Below are positions 1-12,340 of a DNA stretch of 64,000 nucleotides, piece by piece (position 1 is the first letter of the stretch; each line of letters begins with the position of its first letter). The notes beneath the pieces are model-generated. The model saw nothing but the letters and a program-made list of their open reading frames with translations, was not told the origin of the DNA and searched no databases. This DNA comes from Phyllobates terribilis (lineage: Eukaryota). The stretch spans positions 368,962,001 through 369,026,000 of the forward strand of contig NW_027362769.1 of assembly GCF_046119375.1 (NCBI RefSeq), given 5' to 3'. Made by a program: the position numbers and the translations under genes.

Positions 1-1333
1 TGTACTTAAGATGCTACCCCTCACAGTTTGGCGGTGCTTTTTATCTCATTATGTTTTTATGTATTGTACTAATAAAAATGTTTGTTTGCTGTAAAATCTG
101 GTCTCTGACACTTCAATCAGACTAGGACCAGGTGTATTGATGGTACACAGTGTATAATGTTTAGTGGGGCACCACAAAGCTGCTCTGTCCTATAGGTTTT
201 GGCCTCCGTAAGGTAAATGGAGTCCTATAGAGATGTTTGAAGGGCGGTTGTCCAATCTTCTGTGTTTAGGAGCGCATCCCTATCCAGCCGTCTGACTTCC
301 TGGGGTTGCAAGGGGGCTGCTCCCACAGTTTGGACCAGCAGGCTAACAACGAGGCCATGCTGAAATGTGCAATTCTCCTGCTTGCTCTGCTATATAGCTG
401 ATCCAGTGTCATTGTTTGCAAAGTGTAGCATTAGGATTAACTGCAATGTTTTTGCTATATTATTGCCCTGGTGGCTCGGAGTTCATTAGTTATCAGGGCT
501 TATTAGTTTAGCTTTTGAGAAAACATAGCAATTGTGACTTCAGAAGATGCGGAGGGGGTAGATCTGTATCTGCTAGTACATGGGTCTTCCATGATGATCC
601 TTTTATCATGAGATTAGTGAAATAATTGCATCCGATTCTCAAGTATTGCTGTCTCATGCCGCAACCTCTAGGACACACCATGGGGGCGATTCATTAAGAC
701 TGGCGTGCATTACGCTGGAGTACACTGAATTAATTTATTGATCGGCGTTCGCTTTAGTGGCGTAACTTATGATGAATTTGACGAGCGGGCATAATCATAC
801 CCTGTCTCATCCACTCCCTGGACAAAATCTTTTCCCTTCATATGGGCGTAGCTGGCAGAGACTGGTGTGTAAATGCCAAAAGCTGCAAAAATATTGTGAT
901 TTATTACGGTTTTCATGTCATATTTCCAGCCTAATTAAGGACCTTAATGAATCACCCCCATGAGTCTGAGAATGAAGATGTAGATCGGTCAACTTCTAAA
1001 GGCCGATTGTCTGATGGGAAAGAGACGGGATGATCACAGGGAAATGGGGTGACTGTAGGATAAATGCCCTATCTTTTTGTTCTCAAGGGCGGTAAGCTGC
1101 TGCCAGAGCTGTCTGGCGTCGTCTTTCTCTCCTTTCCCTATTGAAAATGCATGAACGCTCAGCCAGTCTGCACATACATGTGTATGGGGGAGTTGAGATA
1201 GATGGCTAGCAGTTGGACGAGCCTTTGGCTGACCTTTTATATCATGTGTATGAACTCCTGGCCAGGCGATTCTGCAAGGCACAGCAGCCACCCACTCTCT
1301 GCTATGTTATATCTTCTGTTTCACACTTCACAG

Positions 1334-4300
1334 ATGCCCACAGTCATCGACTACAAGGACGTCCTATCTCACATCATCTCACTAGACAGAGGCACCCTGC
1401 ACCTTTGCAGCTACATTTCTGAGCTGTCCCTGCTGTACACAGAGCTGTCAGTGTATTCCCCAGCTCAGCTAGCTGCTGGCGCTCTACTACTAGCCAGGAT
1501 CCTGCACAGACAAGGTGGGTCCGCTGGTGTGTGTGTATACAGTACAGACCAAAAGTTTGGACACACCTTCTCATTTAAAGATTTTTCTGTATTTTCCTGA
1601 CTATGAAAATTGTACATTCACACTGAAGGCATCAAAACTATGAATTAACACATGTGGAATTATATACTTAACAAAAAAGTGTGAAACAACTGAAAATATG
1701 TCTTATATTCTAGGTTCTTCAAAGTAGCCACCTTTTGCTTTGATGACTGCTTTGCACACTCTTGGCATTCTCTTGATGAGCTTCAAGAGGTAGTCACAGG
1801 AAATGGTTTTCACTTCACAGGTGTGCCCTGTCAGGTTTAATAAGTGGGATTTCTTGCCTTATAAATGGGGTTGGGACCATCAGTTGTGTTGTGCAGAAGT
1901 CTGGTGGATACACAGCTGATAGTCCTACTGAATAGACTGTTATAATTTGTATTATGGAAAGAAAAAAGCAGCTAAGTAAAGAAAAACGAGTGGCCATCAT
2001 TACTTTAAGAAATGAAGGTCAGTCAGTGCGAAAAATTGGGCAAACTTTGAAAGTGTCCCCAAGTGCAGTTGCAAAAACCATCAAGCGCTACAAAGAAACT
2101 GGCTCACATGAGGACCCCCCCCCCCCCCCCCCCAGGAAAGGAAGACCAAGAGTCACCTCTGCTTCTGAGAATAAGTTTATCTGAGTCACCTGCCTCAGAA
2201 ATCGCAGGTTAACAGCAGCTCAGATTAGAGACCAGGTCAATGCCACACAGAGTTCTAGCAGCAGACACATCTCTACAACAACTGTTAAGAGGAGACTTTG
2301 TGCAGCAGGCCTTCATGGTAAAATAGCTGCTAGGAAACCACTGCTAAGGACAGGCAATAAGCAGAAGAGACTTGTTTGGGCTAAAGAACACAAGGAATGG
2401 ACATTAGACCAGTGGAAATCTGTGCTTTGGTCTGAGGAGTCCAAATTTGAGATCTTTGGTTCCAACCACCGTGTCTTTGTGCGACGCAGAAAAGGTGAAC
2501 GGATGGACTCTACATGCCTGGTTCCCACCGTGAAGCATGGAGGAGGAGGTGTGATGGTGTGGGGGTGCTTTGCTGGTGACACTGTTGGGGATTTATTCAA
2601 AATTGAAGGCATACTGAACCAGCATGGCTACCACAGCATCTTGCAGCGGCATGCTATTCCATCCGGTTTGCGTTTAGTTGGACCATCATTTATTTTTCAA
2701 CAGGACAATGACCCCAAACACACCTCCAGGCTGTGTAAGGGCTATTTGACCAAGAAGGAGAGTGATGGGGTGCTACGCCAGATGACCTGGCCTCCACAGT
2801 CACCAGACCTGAACCCAATCGAGATGGTTTGGGGTGAGCTGGACCGCAGAGTGAAGGCAAAAGGGCCAACAAGTGCTAAGCATCTCTGGGAACTCCTTCA
2901 AGATTGTTGGAAGACCATTTCCGGTGACTACCTCTTGAAGCTCATCAAGAGAATGCCAAGAGTGTGCAAAGCAGTCATCAAAGCAAAAGGTGGCTACTTT
3001 GAAGAACCTAGAATATAAAACATATTTTCAGTTGTTTCACACTTTTTTGTTAAGTATATAATTCCACATGTGTTAATTCAGAGTTTTGATGTCTTCAGTG
3101 TGAATGTACAATTTTCATAGTCATGAAAATACAGAAAAATCTTTAAATGAGAAGGTGTGTCCAAACTCCAANNNNNNNNNNNNNNNNNNNNNNNNNNNNN
3201 NNNNNNNNNNNNNNNNNNNNNNNNNNNNNNNNNNNNNNNNNNNNNNNNNNNNNNNNNNNNNNNNNNNNNNNNNNNNNNNNNNNNNNNNNNNNNNNNNNNN
3301 NNNNNNNNNNNNNNNNNNNNNNNNNNNNNNNNNNATCGGGTATTGTAGAATATGTATGCGGCCAACCGGGCGCAATCAGCAGAGCGGTGTTTAAATTTGG
3401 CGCCAAAATTGCTGATTGGTTGCGGCCGCTGGCCGCGACCAATCAGCGAACCGTATTACTGATGACCGGGCAGCGGCGCCGTCCCTCCCTTCACATTTGC
3501 CGACGAGATATCGGCGGCCCAAGCCGCTGATCTCCTGACGGTAGCCGCATGGAGGTCAGCGGCGCCGCCCGTCGGGGTACTTGTGCTGCCAGCGCCGCTC
3601 ATCTCCCGGCTGCATCGTCGCCGCTGACTTCCGTCCGGCAGATGAGCTGCTAACGGCCGCCATCTTTTTCTGAAATCCTGCGTCGCTGATTGGTCCGGCC
3701 GCGGCCAATCAGCGACGTGGAATTTCCTTGACAGAGAGACAGACGGGATAAGACTATTATATTATATTATATTCCAGAAATGTTAAAAATTCTTCCCAAG
3801 CCTTGGGATTACGAACAACTAGTGATCCAGCTCAACAGTACAATTCACTGGCATAAATTTGCACAAATTTATGGTTTAATTTTTTTTCTTCTCTCCCTTC
3901 GTCCTACATATACTTTTGTCAGGCTGAATCTTGCAATACCAAATTTCACCACAGTAAAGTCCATTTAATTTCCATAGACTATAATGCAATAGCGCCCCTC
4001 TCCTCCTCCCCCAAGTGTAATCTCCAACATATAACTTTGTATTTGTCAGGAATATAGGACACCTTTTAAAACCGGTAAAAAAACATGTATAAAACACATG
4101 ATCAAATTAAAAAAAACAAAAAAAACAATTTATTTACTAAAAACAACCCAACAATATGATATTGGAGCTATAGATTCAGTAATCATCATCCATATGCTTA
4201 TGTACTATTATGTAATACTGCATTATGTCTGTTTCTGATGATGTCGTCTGTATTTTTCTTCCAGCACTTCCGTGGCCCGCGCAGTTGGCAGAGTGCACGG

Positions 4301-7300
4301 GTTTCACGTTGGAACGCTTAACCCCTTGTGTGCTGCTTCTACATAAGAAATGGTGAGGGTGCCACAGCCCACATACACCTCTCCGGGGAATGTTTGATAC
4401 CGGAGGCCTGAGTCGCCCCCTGGCTCGCCTCCGATACACTACACCGCTCAGACGGATCTGCAGGGTGACTAATCTCTGGACGTCTGGTGCTGAATACAAA
4501 CCAGACGTTGGTAATGTATAATATACTATTTAATTTTGTGTTTTGTTTTTTTTTTTCTTTTGTGTCGTAGTTTTCATGATGACGCACCAAAAGATTACCG
4601 TCAAGTGTCTCTGACCGCCGTGAAGCAAAGGTTTCAGAACGACCTTTATGGCAATATCGGCAATGAAAAGGTGAGACGTTTTTAATTTTGCTATGGTAAA
4701 TGTTCCTGTAAGCTGCGAAGCCGTGAGCCTTCCATTAGTTACTGTTTTGTGTATACTTCTCTAAAATGTGACTGCAGAATCAAACTACACGGGGTAACCA
4801 TGAAGGCGCATAGTTCTGCACAGGTGCTGTATACAAAAATGGCAGGATAATTAGAATAATTTTATTTTTTATTCTTTAGACCATCTGGAGCAATAAAAAA
4901 ATGCAATAGTATACATACCCTTTTTTATTTGGCAGGGACAGTTAATCTGGACTACACTGGATAAATGTGGTGCTAATGCTCGAGATTTGATCATTGATCG
5001 CCCATCGTGGTCCGACCTTTGCATTAAGCCATAAAGTGCAGAACTGATCAGAACGAGCATATGAGCTTTAGGCCATGTTCATATGTTCAGTATTTGGTCA
5101 GTATTTCACATCAGTATTTGTAAGTCAAAACCAGGAGTGGAACAATCAGAGGAAAAGTATAATAGAAACACCTCACCACTTCTGTATTTATCACCCACTC
5201 CTGGTTTCAGCTCACAAATACTGATGTGAAATACTGAATCTGTGGCCTTACTCTTGTGGTGGCGGGTTGTAGACGGTGGCGGCGCTGTGTACGGAGGCCC
5301 AGCTGACAGGCTGTGTGTTTAGCAGGTGCTGGATCACTGGCTGCTGGTCACTCTTCTGGGAGTGGGTGCTTGGCTCAGGTAACAATCTGATTGCTGTTCT
5401 CAGCAGGTGATGGACTACAGCCAGCTGTGTACCTTACTTGGGGTTTCCCTCCAGGATACAGAGAGCCCTGCATCCTCGCCCAGTGTCACAGACATCCATC
5501 CCTTCCTGTGCTCACCTGCTGGGAACAAAACGAAAAGGTAAGTAACTTTTTCCTGGAAAAAAAAAATGCAATAATATCATTTATTGTCTCTTATGTGGAT
5601 TGTACAAGATTAGAAAAACATGCTGATTTACTTTTAAAACAGCACCGCACGTGTCTACAGGTTGTGTGTGGTATTGCAGCTCAGCCTCATCCAATTCATG
5701 GAGCTGACCTGTAATATCTTATAATCTATAGATAGGAGAGGAGACATTTCTAGAAGAAAACTGACACATTTTTCAACTTTTTTTAATTTTTTTGTTTTCC
5801 AAAAAAAGTAAGGTGTTTTTTTTTTTTTTATTTATTAGATATAGATTTGGAATTTTTCTAAAAAATGTTTTCATTTTAATCTGCCAAATCTGGTTGTCAG
5901 CACAGTGGACGACAAATACTGTGGTGACCAGACAGGTGAGCCGCACCGTATTGCAAATATATTTTTAAGGTTTCGCTTGAAATGTCCTTGTATTACCATA
6001 TTACATGTGTTTATGGTTTTTTTGGTATGGTACGAAATGACAGAAGTAATCTTCTTCTTTTTTTTTTTTTTTTTTTTTTTTACCACTGCCCTTGCCATTT
6101 CAGTACTTGTCCCCCACCGGTCTCTGTTTGGCCAAAGCACTACATGTGACCGCTGCAGGTAGTGATTGACTGCAGAAGTCGCAGATGGGACCAGGAAAGA
6201 ATTGGATAACCCCTTTAAATTTAATCCTTGCAGATATTACTGAGCGATTTATAAAAGTGTGACCTAGGTTTTCATGCTTTAATAATTGACATTACCGCAG
6301 TCTAATACCAAAACTGGATTTGACAGGCGAAGAGAAGATGGTTTTCAAGAAGATCGGGGCAGCTTTGTGACCACCCCGACTGCTGAGCTGTCCAATCAAG
6401 AGGAGACGCTGCTCGGCAACTTCTTGGACTGGAGTCTCGATTCTTCTTGTTCGGGCTATGAGGGTGATCGGGAAAGCGAAGGAGAACGGGAAGGAGATGG
6501 TAAGTGTCAATCACCTACCTGTTGGCTTCTGTCATGTAGCCTGATCCTCTGTGTTAGGGGGAACTATTGGAATTGGGGTCTCTTGACCAAACGAATAACC
6601 TAATGTGACTATATCCGTACAGTAGTCTGAATTAATCCTAAAAGGGTTTGAAGAGGCCACTCCTAAATATTGATTAAAGTAATCGCACTTGTAGGTTTTT
6701 GTTTTTTTGAGCCAAGTCTGGAAGTTGATCCAGCAGGAAGGAAAAGTATTTCCAATATATATTTTTTTTATTTTAGGCAAAAAATGACATTTTGTATTTC
6801 TTAAAAACCTGGTCAACTCCTTTAAGACTAAATTTGACATCAACAATTGCTGAAGTCCTAGTTATTAGCTTCATTCACTGTGCAGTTACTTATTTTCCCA
6901 GGTTATAATTGGTCCTGGCAAGTCTCTTACCTTATAGAGAGGGGTCTCGAATCAGGTGCCCACCTTTGATGTTCATACACCATAATGGATGACGCTTATC
7001 TTCCTCGTACCTTTTTTAAAACCATTTTTCTAAAATGAAATAGAAAGATTTGTTCTTAGTCTGGTATTTCGCATCACTGGTGTCACAATAATATGGAGGT
7101 GACAAATGAGACGGGTTAGACTAAATTGTGGTTATTATTAAGGGATTGTCTAGAATTAGAAAAACATGGCTGTTTTAATAAAAAACAAAACAAAAAAAAA
7201 ACTGCCCTATCTACTCAGTGCTGTTCACTTCAATGCACCTGAGCTGCAATACCTGACATGGCCTGTGGCAGTGGTAGCGCTGTATCTGGGAAGAAAACTA

Positions 7301-7736
7301 ATCCCAGGCTGCACCCGAGGAGTGATATGCCGGTAATGGTACCCTTGTGTGTCTCTTCTCTCCCGCAGTCACTTCGCCCAGTGGGGTTCTGGACCTGTCC
7401 GTCATCCACGCAGAACACACGCACTGCCAGGACTCCAGTGACGAGGACACTGCTAACATCCCGGCACTGCCAACGCCAAAATCCATCTTCACCATCCCTC
7501 CTCTGAAGATTGGGGTGGAAAACAGCTCCGGCTACTCGTCAGTGAGCAGCGGAGGAAGCCCGACCTCCTCTCCTAATGGTGGTCCTTGCACCCCGACACC
7601 AGGACTGTCCAACAGCAAACTGGTTCCCATCCCTTTCCCCCAGCCAAGTCCATCACTTTTCAAAGCTGTCCGAAGACAAGTGAAAAGAAAAAACCAAGCC
7701 CAGCACAGCGACGAAAACATTACAGATGCCTTGTAA
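1334..7736 (+). CDS. CCNF: Cyclin F, 3' part (5' exons lie upstream of the window). Coding exons: 1334-1514, 4265-4352, 4571-4670, 5407-5537, 6327-6499, 7369-7736
   Basis: All introns GT-AG with compatible phases; the exons total 1041 nt (346 aa + stop). Translation MPTVIDYK..LCSYISELSLL..CFHDDAPKDYRQVSLTAVKQRF..QEDRGSFVTTPTAELSNQEETLLGNFLDWSLD..SGYEGDRESEGE matches the cyclin C-box and PEST tail of vertebrate cyclin F as recalled. Confidence 0.96.
1540..3171 (+). mobile_element. Tc1/mariner DNA transposon, DD38E type, defective copy 1; right tip lost in the N gap
   Basis: TA at 1538-1539, then CAGTACAGACC. About 268-bp TIRs (1540-1807; 2914 to the gap). Transposase reads in one frame 1954-3018 but has CGA>TGA at 2182-2184, first catalytic D changed to E (WSEES), and an in-frame C19 run at 2115-2133. 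Confidence 0.95.
3172..3334. other. Assembly gap (163 N)
   Basis: Run of N. Confidence 1.
3335..3775. repeat. GC-rich interspersed repeat fragment with several CCAATCAG/ATTGG motifs; family not determined (possibly Helitron-like non-autonomous)
   Basis: Abrupt GC/CpG-rich block with internal inverted CCAAT motifs, ending in ACAGACGG..(TAT)n; its left end is in the gap. Confidence 0.35.
5071..5247. mobile_element. PIF/Harbinger-type MITE
   Basis: TTA TSD on both sides (5068-5070, 5248-5250), GGCCA..TGGCC termini and an internal palindrome; a second copy lies at 61110-61276. Confidence 0.8.
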
Positions 7737-9225
7737 AAAGCCCCCATCTCCCCGTGTACAAAGAAATATAGAAAAACATATATTTTTGTCATTTAAAAGA
7801 AAGTGTTGTTGTGGAGTCTTTTCTGGGCAGACGACTAATACATATTGCCGCCTTCATTATATCGGGAGTTATGGGGCCAATTGAAGTGCTCATTCCACCA
7901 ATACTTGTAGGGCAGGTGATAAGTGTAATCACTGGTACTCTGACTGTATGGGGGACCCCCTCCGATCACCAGAAAAGGGGGGGATCCAGTATAATTGGAG
8001 CAGGAATTTGTGCATGGCTGCCACGGCCGCATATACCCTTTGCTCCATTCCAGTGATTGAGAGGGAAGGGGGGGTCCCAGGTAATTATTGCTATTATCCT
8101 TTTAAGAAAGCTGTTGTCCAATATTAGAAAAAAATACATCTTCTTGCCTCCAGAAACAGCGCCACACCCATCCACAGGTTGTGTCTGGTATTGCAGCTCA
8201 GATCTATTCACAAGATTGAGGCTGAGCTGCAGTTCTTGAAACCTGTGGAAAGGTGCGTGGATGTTTTTGTACTCCCAGACCCCGGTGCTAACAACCACTG
8301 GGCCAATATGCTACCCAAACAGGTACCTTTTGGCATTAAACCAAGGTCTGGGTGCCATTGCCGGCTTTTTTAATTTATTTATTTTTTATTTTTGTATTTC
8401 CTTTTTTTTAATTAAATGACCCTATCAGATGAGTTTTGTCATGGCGTCCCCTCCTTCTTCCTTAAATGCATATATGGCCTTAAAGAAGGTGCACAAGTAC
8501 AGAACGTGGCCCCAGCTATGGGCCCCTGGTGTGGCTGTTGCCTCGGCACCCCTACAGCAATGCTACAGTCTGGCCAAACCTACGGTGTGTGTGAATTGGG
8601 TTAAGGTGGATCGTGCCTGATTGTAATACCTGACCGAGTAACCCAAGGCTGCCACTTCTTATATTTGGGACCCTCTGGTCACTAAATGTGCATTATTGCG
8701 TAAAGTCCAGCATAACATGACCTCTGGCCGGTCTGCAGACAATAGTAAAACTGAGATAACCTTTTATAACTAAAGTTGTAAAAATATGGATTAAAGTCTT
8801 ATCAGTGGTTTAATAGGACTCCAAAGTCCACACCAAGCTGCAAAAAAAAATAAAGCGCCCACGAGAGGTGTAAAGTGCGCTGTCACCTATAAATGTGTAT
8901 ATAGCAGGTGTCAGAGTTATGAGTCCTGCAGAGTATTGCACCTTCAGCTCATGGATAACATTGAGTCTCTGAAGCTAAGAGTCTCCGAGACCTCCAGACG
9001 GGGGCGCCGGTTGTGCTATGGATTCAGCACGTGGTTCCTACATCACATGACTGACGCTGCAATTGCTGACATGCAGCCTCATCAGGTCTGAAGGGGAAGC
9101 AGAACTTGTGCTTGGTTCTACTTTATCATGTTAAGTTCAGATTAGGGTATATAAAAAAACAAAAAAAAAACATTCTAATGAAAAATTAATTTTTTTTCTT
9201 TATCGTATTTTTTATTTTGGCACTC

Positions 9226-9351
9226 TAAGGCTATGTGTATAGTTGTGGGGTTTTTTTTGTTGTTTTTTTGGGGTGGTCGAAAGCGCTTTCAGAAAAACTC
9301 CCCATAAAAAGGCGATTCCTGGATTTTTTTTTTTTTTTTTCTTAACTTTTG

Positions 9352-9404
<53 letters not shown>

Positions 9405-10780
9405 TTGACAGTGCATAGTTTGGAGAGGTTTCCTTCAAGCTTCGCTTCAAAGAAATTACATGTACTTTCTTTACTTCCACCAGAAGTTTTTCAAAACTTC
9501 TGGGAAAAAAAAAAACAAACTCAAACCTCAGTGGATTTCCCATAGAAATTAATCAGAACAGTTTGAAGTAGATTTTGGACAGAAGTTGCTTAAAAAAAAA
9601 AGTTCACACAAACTAAGTGTGATTATGCTGACTTTTTTTCCCCCGGCATTTTTGGAGCAAAGAAAAAAAAAAAAAAGTTTTTGAGGTGCTAGGAAGATTT
9701 TTGGAGATTTTCTGGTCTGAACTCTTCAAAATAACTCCATATGAGCACGTCCTAACATTGATCCAGACACTGTTTTCTTTTCCTGAAGAGTTTTTGGAAT
9801 TTGTTTTTGTAAAGTTTTTTTTTTTGTTTTTTTTTCTCTCTATCTTCCAACCATTTGATTGGACAGTGCATAGATCAGAACAGATTCCAACAGGATCCAA
9901 CCAGGAAGATCTAGTCAAGAGGGGGGAGGGGGTGGCTCAAACACCTCGCATGAACAGGAAAGTGCATTTCCCATGGAAAGCGTATCATGAGTTTTTGTAG
10001 TGTCTTTTTATTTTAGGAGAATTTGAGAGTATCCACTCCAAAAATAAAAACCAAAACAGAGGTCACATAGCTTAGGCCAATGTGTACACAGAGTTACTTT
10101 TGAGAACTCATTTAGAGTTTGAAACACTCATCCTAATCATTTTTATATGTTCTGGCAATTTTTGGGTGTGTTTTTTTTATTTTATTTTTTTTAAATTCTT
10201 CTTGGGAGGGGGAGAAGAGTAAAAATGGTCACCTCTTTTACAGAACCAAAAAACTGCAAGTGCAATGCATAGGTGCGCATTCACACTGCGGCCCTTTAAC
10301 AGACAAAACCTAAGATAAAAACAAAATGAGCAAATACCTTCTAGTTAGTGTCCTGCTCTGCCCTTATCTATTTGGACAATAGGTGAACCTGAAGCCTCGG
10401 GTACTGTCCCGATTGGATACACCTTGTCATGGTGGGGTGGCTTTTACGCATTTTGATCAAAACTATTTTCAAGCGTTTTTCTGATGGAAAATGCTCCAAA
10501 CTAGGCACTGTCCAAAATAAAGACTGCACAAAAAAAACTTCAGGAAAATAAAAATAACGCTTCCAAAAACTCTGCAAAGAAGCATTTCCTGAAGTTTTTC
10601 ACTAAAAAAAAGTTTTTGGTTGCCAAAAAAAAACCAAAAACTCTGTGTGCACATACCCCAAGGGTGTGTTCACACAGTCTTTTTGTGCTGAGTTTTTCGA
10701 GCAGAAACTAAGCAGTGTCTCCCAAGTTTTTGAGAAGGATTTGGAGCGTTTCCATTCCAAAAACTCCTCACAAAACTTGT
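9226..10780. repeat. Cluster of AT-rich nested Harbinger-like MITE fragments
   Basis: Repeated (T)AGGCT/GGGT-(A/G)TGT(T/G)CACAC-type termini with A/T-run-rich interiors; similar clusters at about 43500-43700, 51525-51785 and 57000-59560. Boundaries are approximate. Confidence 0.5.
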
Positions 10781-10781
10781 A

Positions 10782-11123
10782 GTATTCCCATCTCCAAGAT
10801 CCTATCCCAATATGTAGCAGGTGTAATAAAGAATAATGGCAAATGCCTCCAATTAGAAATGTTAGTACTGTTCTGATTCACTATGTCGCTTACCCTATAT
10901 GCAGGGCATTGTAGTAGCTTAGGTTTCCATGGTTACGACCACTGATATAGTGACAGTTCTTAGTGGTCGTAACCTAAGCTACTGCAATGCCCTGCACATG
11001 GGGTAAGCAACATAGCTTATCAGAAGAACTATACTAAATTTCTAATTGGAGGTATTTGCCAATATTATTCCTATTACACCTGCTACATATTGGGATAGGA
11101 TCTTGGAGAGGAGAATACCCCCT
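10782..11123. mobile_element. Fold-back MITE (T2/TTAA type), palindromic over nearly its whole length
   Basis: GTATTCCCATCTCCAAGATCCTATCCCAATATGTAGCAGGTGTAATA is mirrored by TATTACACCTGCTACATATTGGGATAGGATCTTGGAGAGGAGAATAC, and the inner arms also pair. Confidence 0.75.
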
Positions 11124-12102
11124 TACCTGTAGGGTGTGTTATGTGCCCACAACAATTTTTTTTTTCAGGCAGAGCTGCTTTAGGAAAATGTATCTATACT
11201 TTCCACTATAGTGGCGGGTGGCTTCCTAGCAAAAGCCACCTGAAGAACGGATATGCTAGTTATTTCAACCGCTTCAGTTTCCTAATGCTGACGCTGTTAA
11301 AAGACTGGCAGAAAAAAAAGGACACAAAAAATATGAACATAAAACACCATGTAAAAATTACATTACTGTTTTTTTTTTTTTTTTTCTTTTGCTGGTGTTC
11401 TTTCAGAATTCATGCGGAATCTGCCTAAAAAATTCATTGGGGGAGATTTAATAAGACAATGTCTGTTGCCCATAGCAAGATTAAAAACTGGGTGTAATTT
11501 TGACCGAATTGTTGCAAAGGATCAGTGGTAAACCACCCTGAGTGTAGTACGGGCCTGGCTGCACCCAAACCTAAATTTTCAAGATTTTGAGTGAACGTAT
11601 AAAAGTTTTTAAAGACTAAGTTTTAATTATTCTAATTTTGTAGGTGTTTTTCCCCTTTTTCTCCCCTGCTCCAGGCCTGTAGCCGCTCCTGGATTATGAG
11701 CAATGTATTGTCCTACTCTCTGGATAGGAATCTTCAGACACAGGTGACTCACTCCAAAGTGATATTCACTCTTATCTCAGTCTCCAGAAGCAGAAATAAA
11801 AGATAATAATCTCAAGGCTCTAAAAGAGGGCAAGATGTCATCCTAAAATACACAACTAGTCACCAGGTGAGAGGTTTCCACAGTCTTCAGTCATCCATGC
11901 GGCTTCTTCCTCCTGACAAATTAGTTTCTTTGCCTTCTTCCATCTGTTGCTGTTTGTGCAAATCAAATTATTTTGAAGATCTGATTTCCGAAGAACTACA
12001 GTCCCCCGGGACATTGAAACTGAGCGCACAGGCTAAACAGCAGGTAACAACCAAAAAAGCCAGAGAATAAAGGCAATCATATACTGATCAAATACGACAT
12101 TG

Positions 12103-12104
<2 letters not shown>

Positions 12105-12177
<73 letters not shown>
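12105..12177. repeat. (CA)n microsatellite
   Basis: Pure CA run. Confidence 1.
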
Positions 12178-12179
<2 letters not shown>

Positions 12180-12340
12180 CATTTTTCACTCCTTCACCTT
12201 CAAAACGGCATGAAATACTGTGACTATCTGAGCGACTGACAAGGGCCAAATTGTAATGGGTAGATGAAAGGTCAGAGCATCTCCAAACAGCAGATATTGT
12301 GGGGTGTTCCCGGTACACGGCAGGTCACGTGGGGTGTTCC

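Noticed and set aside
230-620. Possible L1/Tx1 ORF2 remnant or an earlier CCNF exon
   Set aside because: No frame gave the expected cyclin F peptide, and the LINE resemblance is too weak to call.
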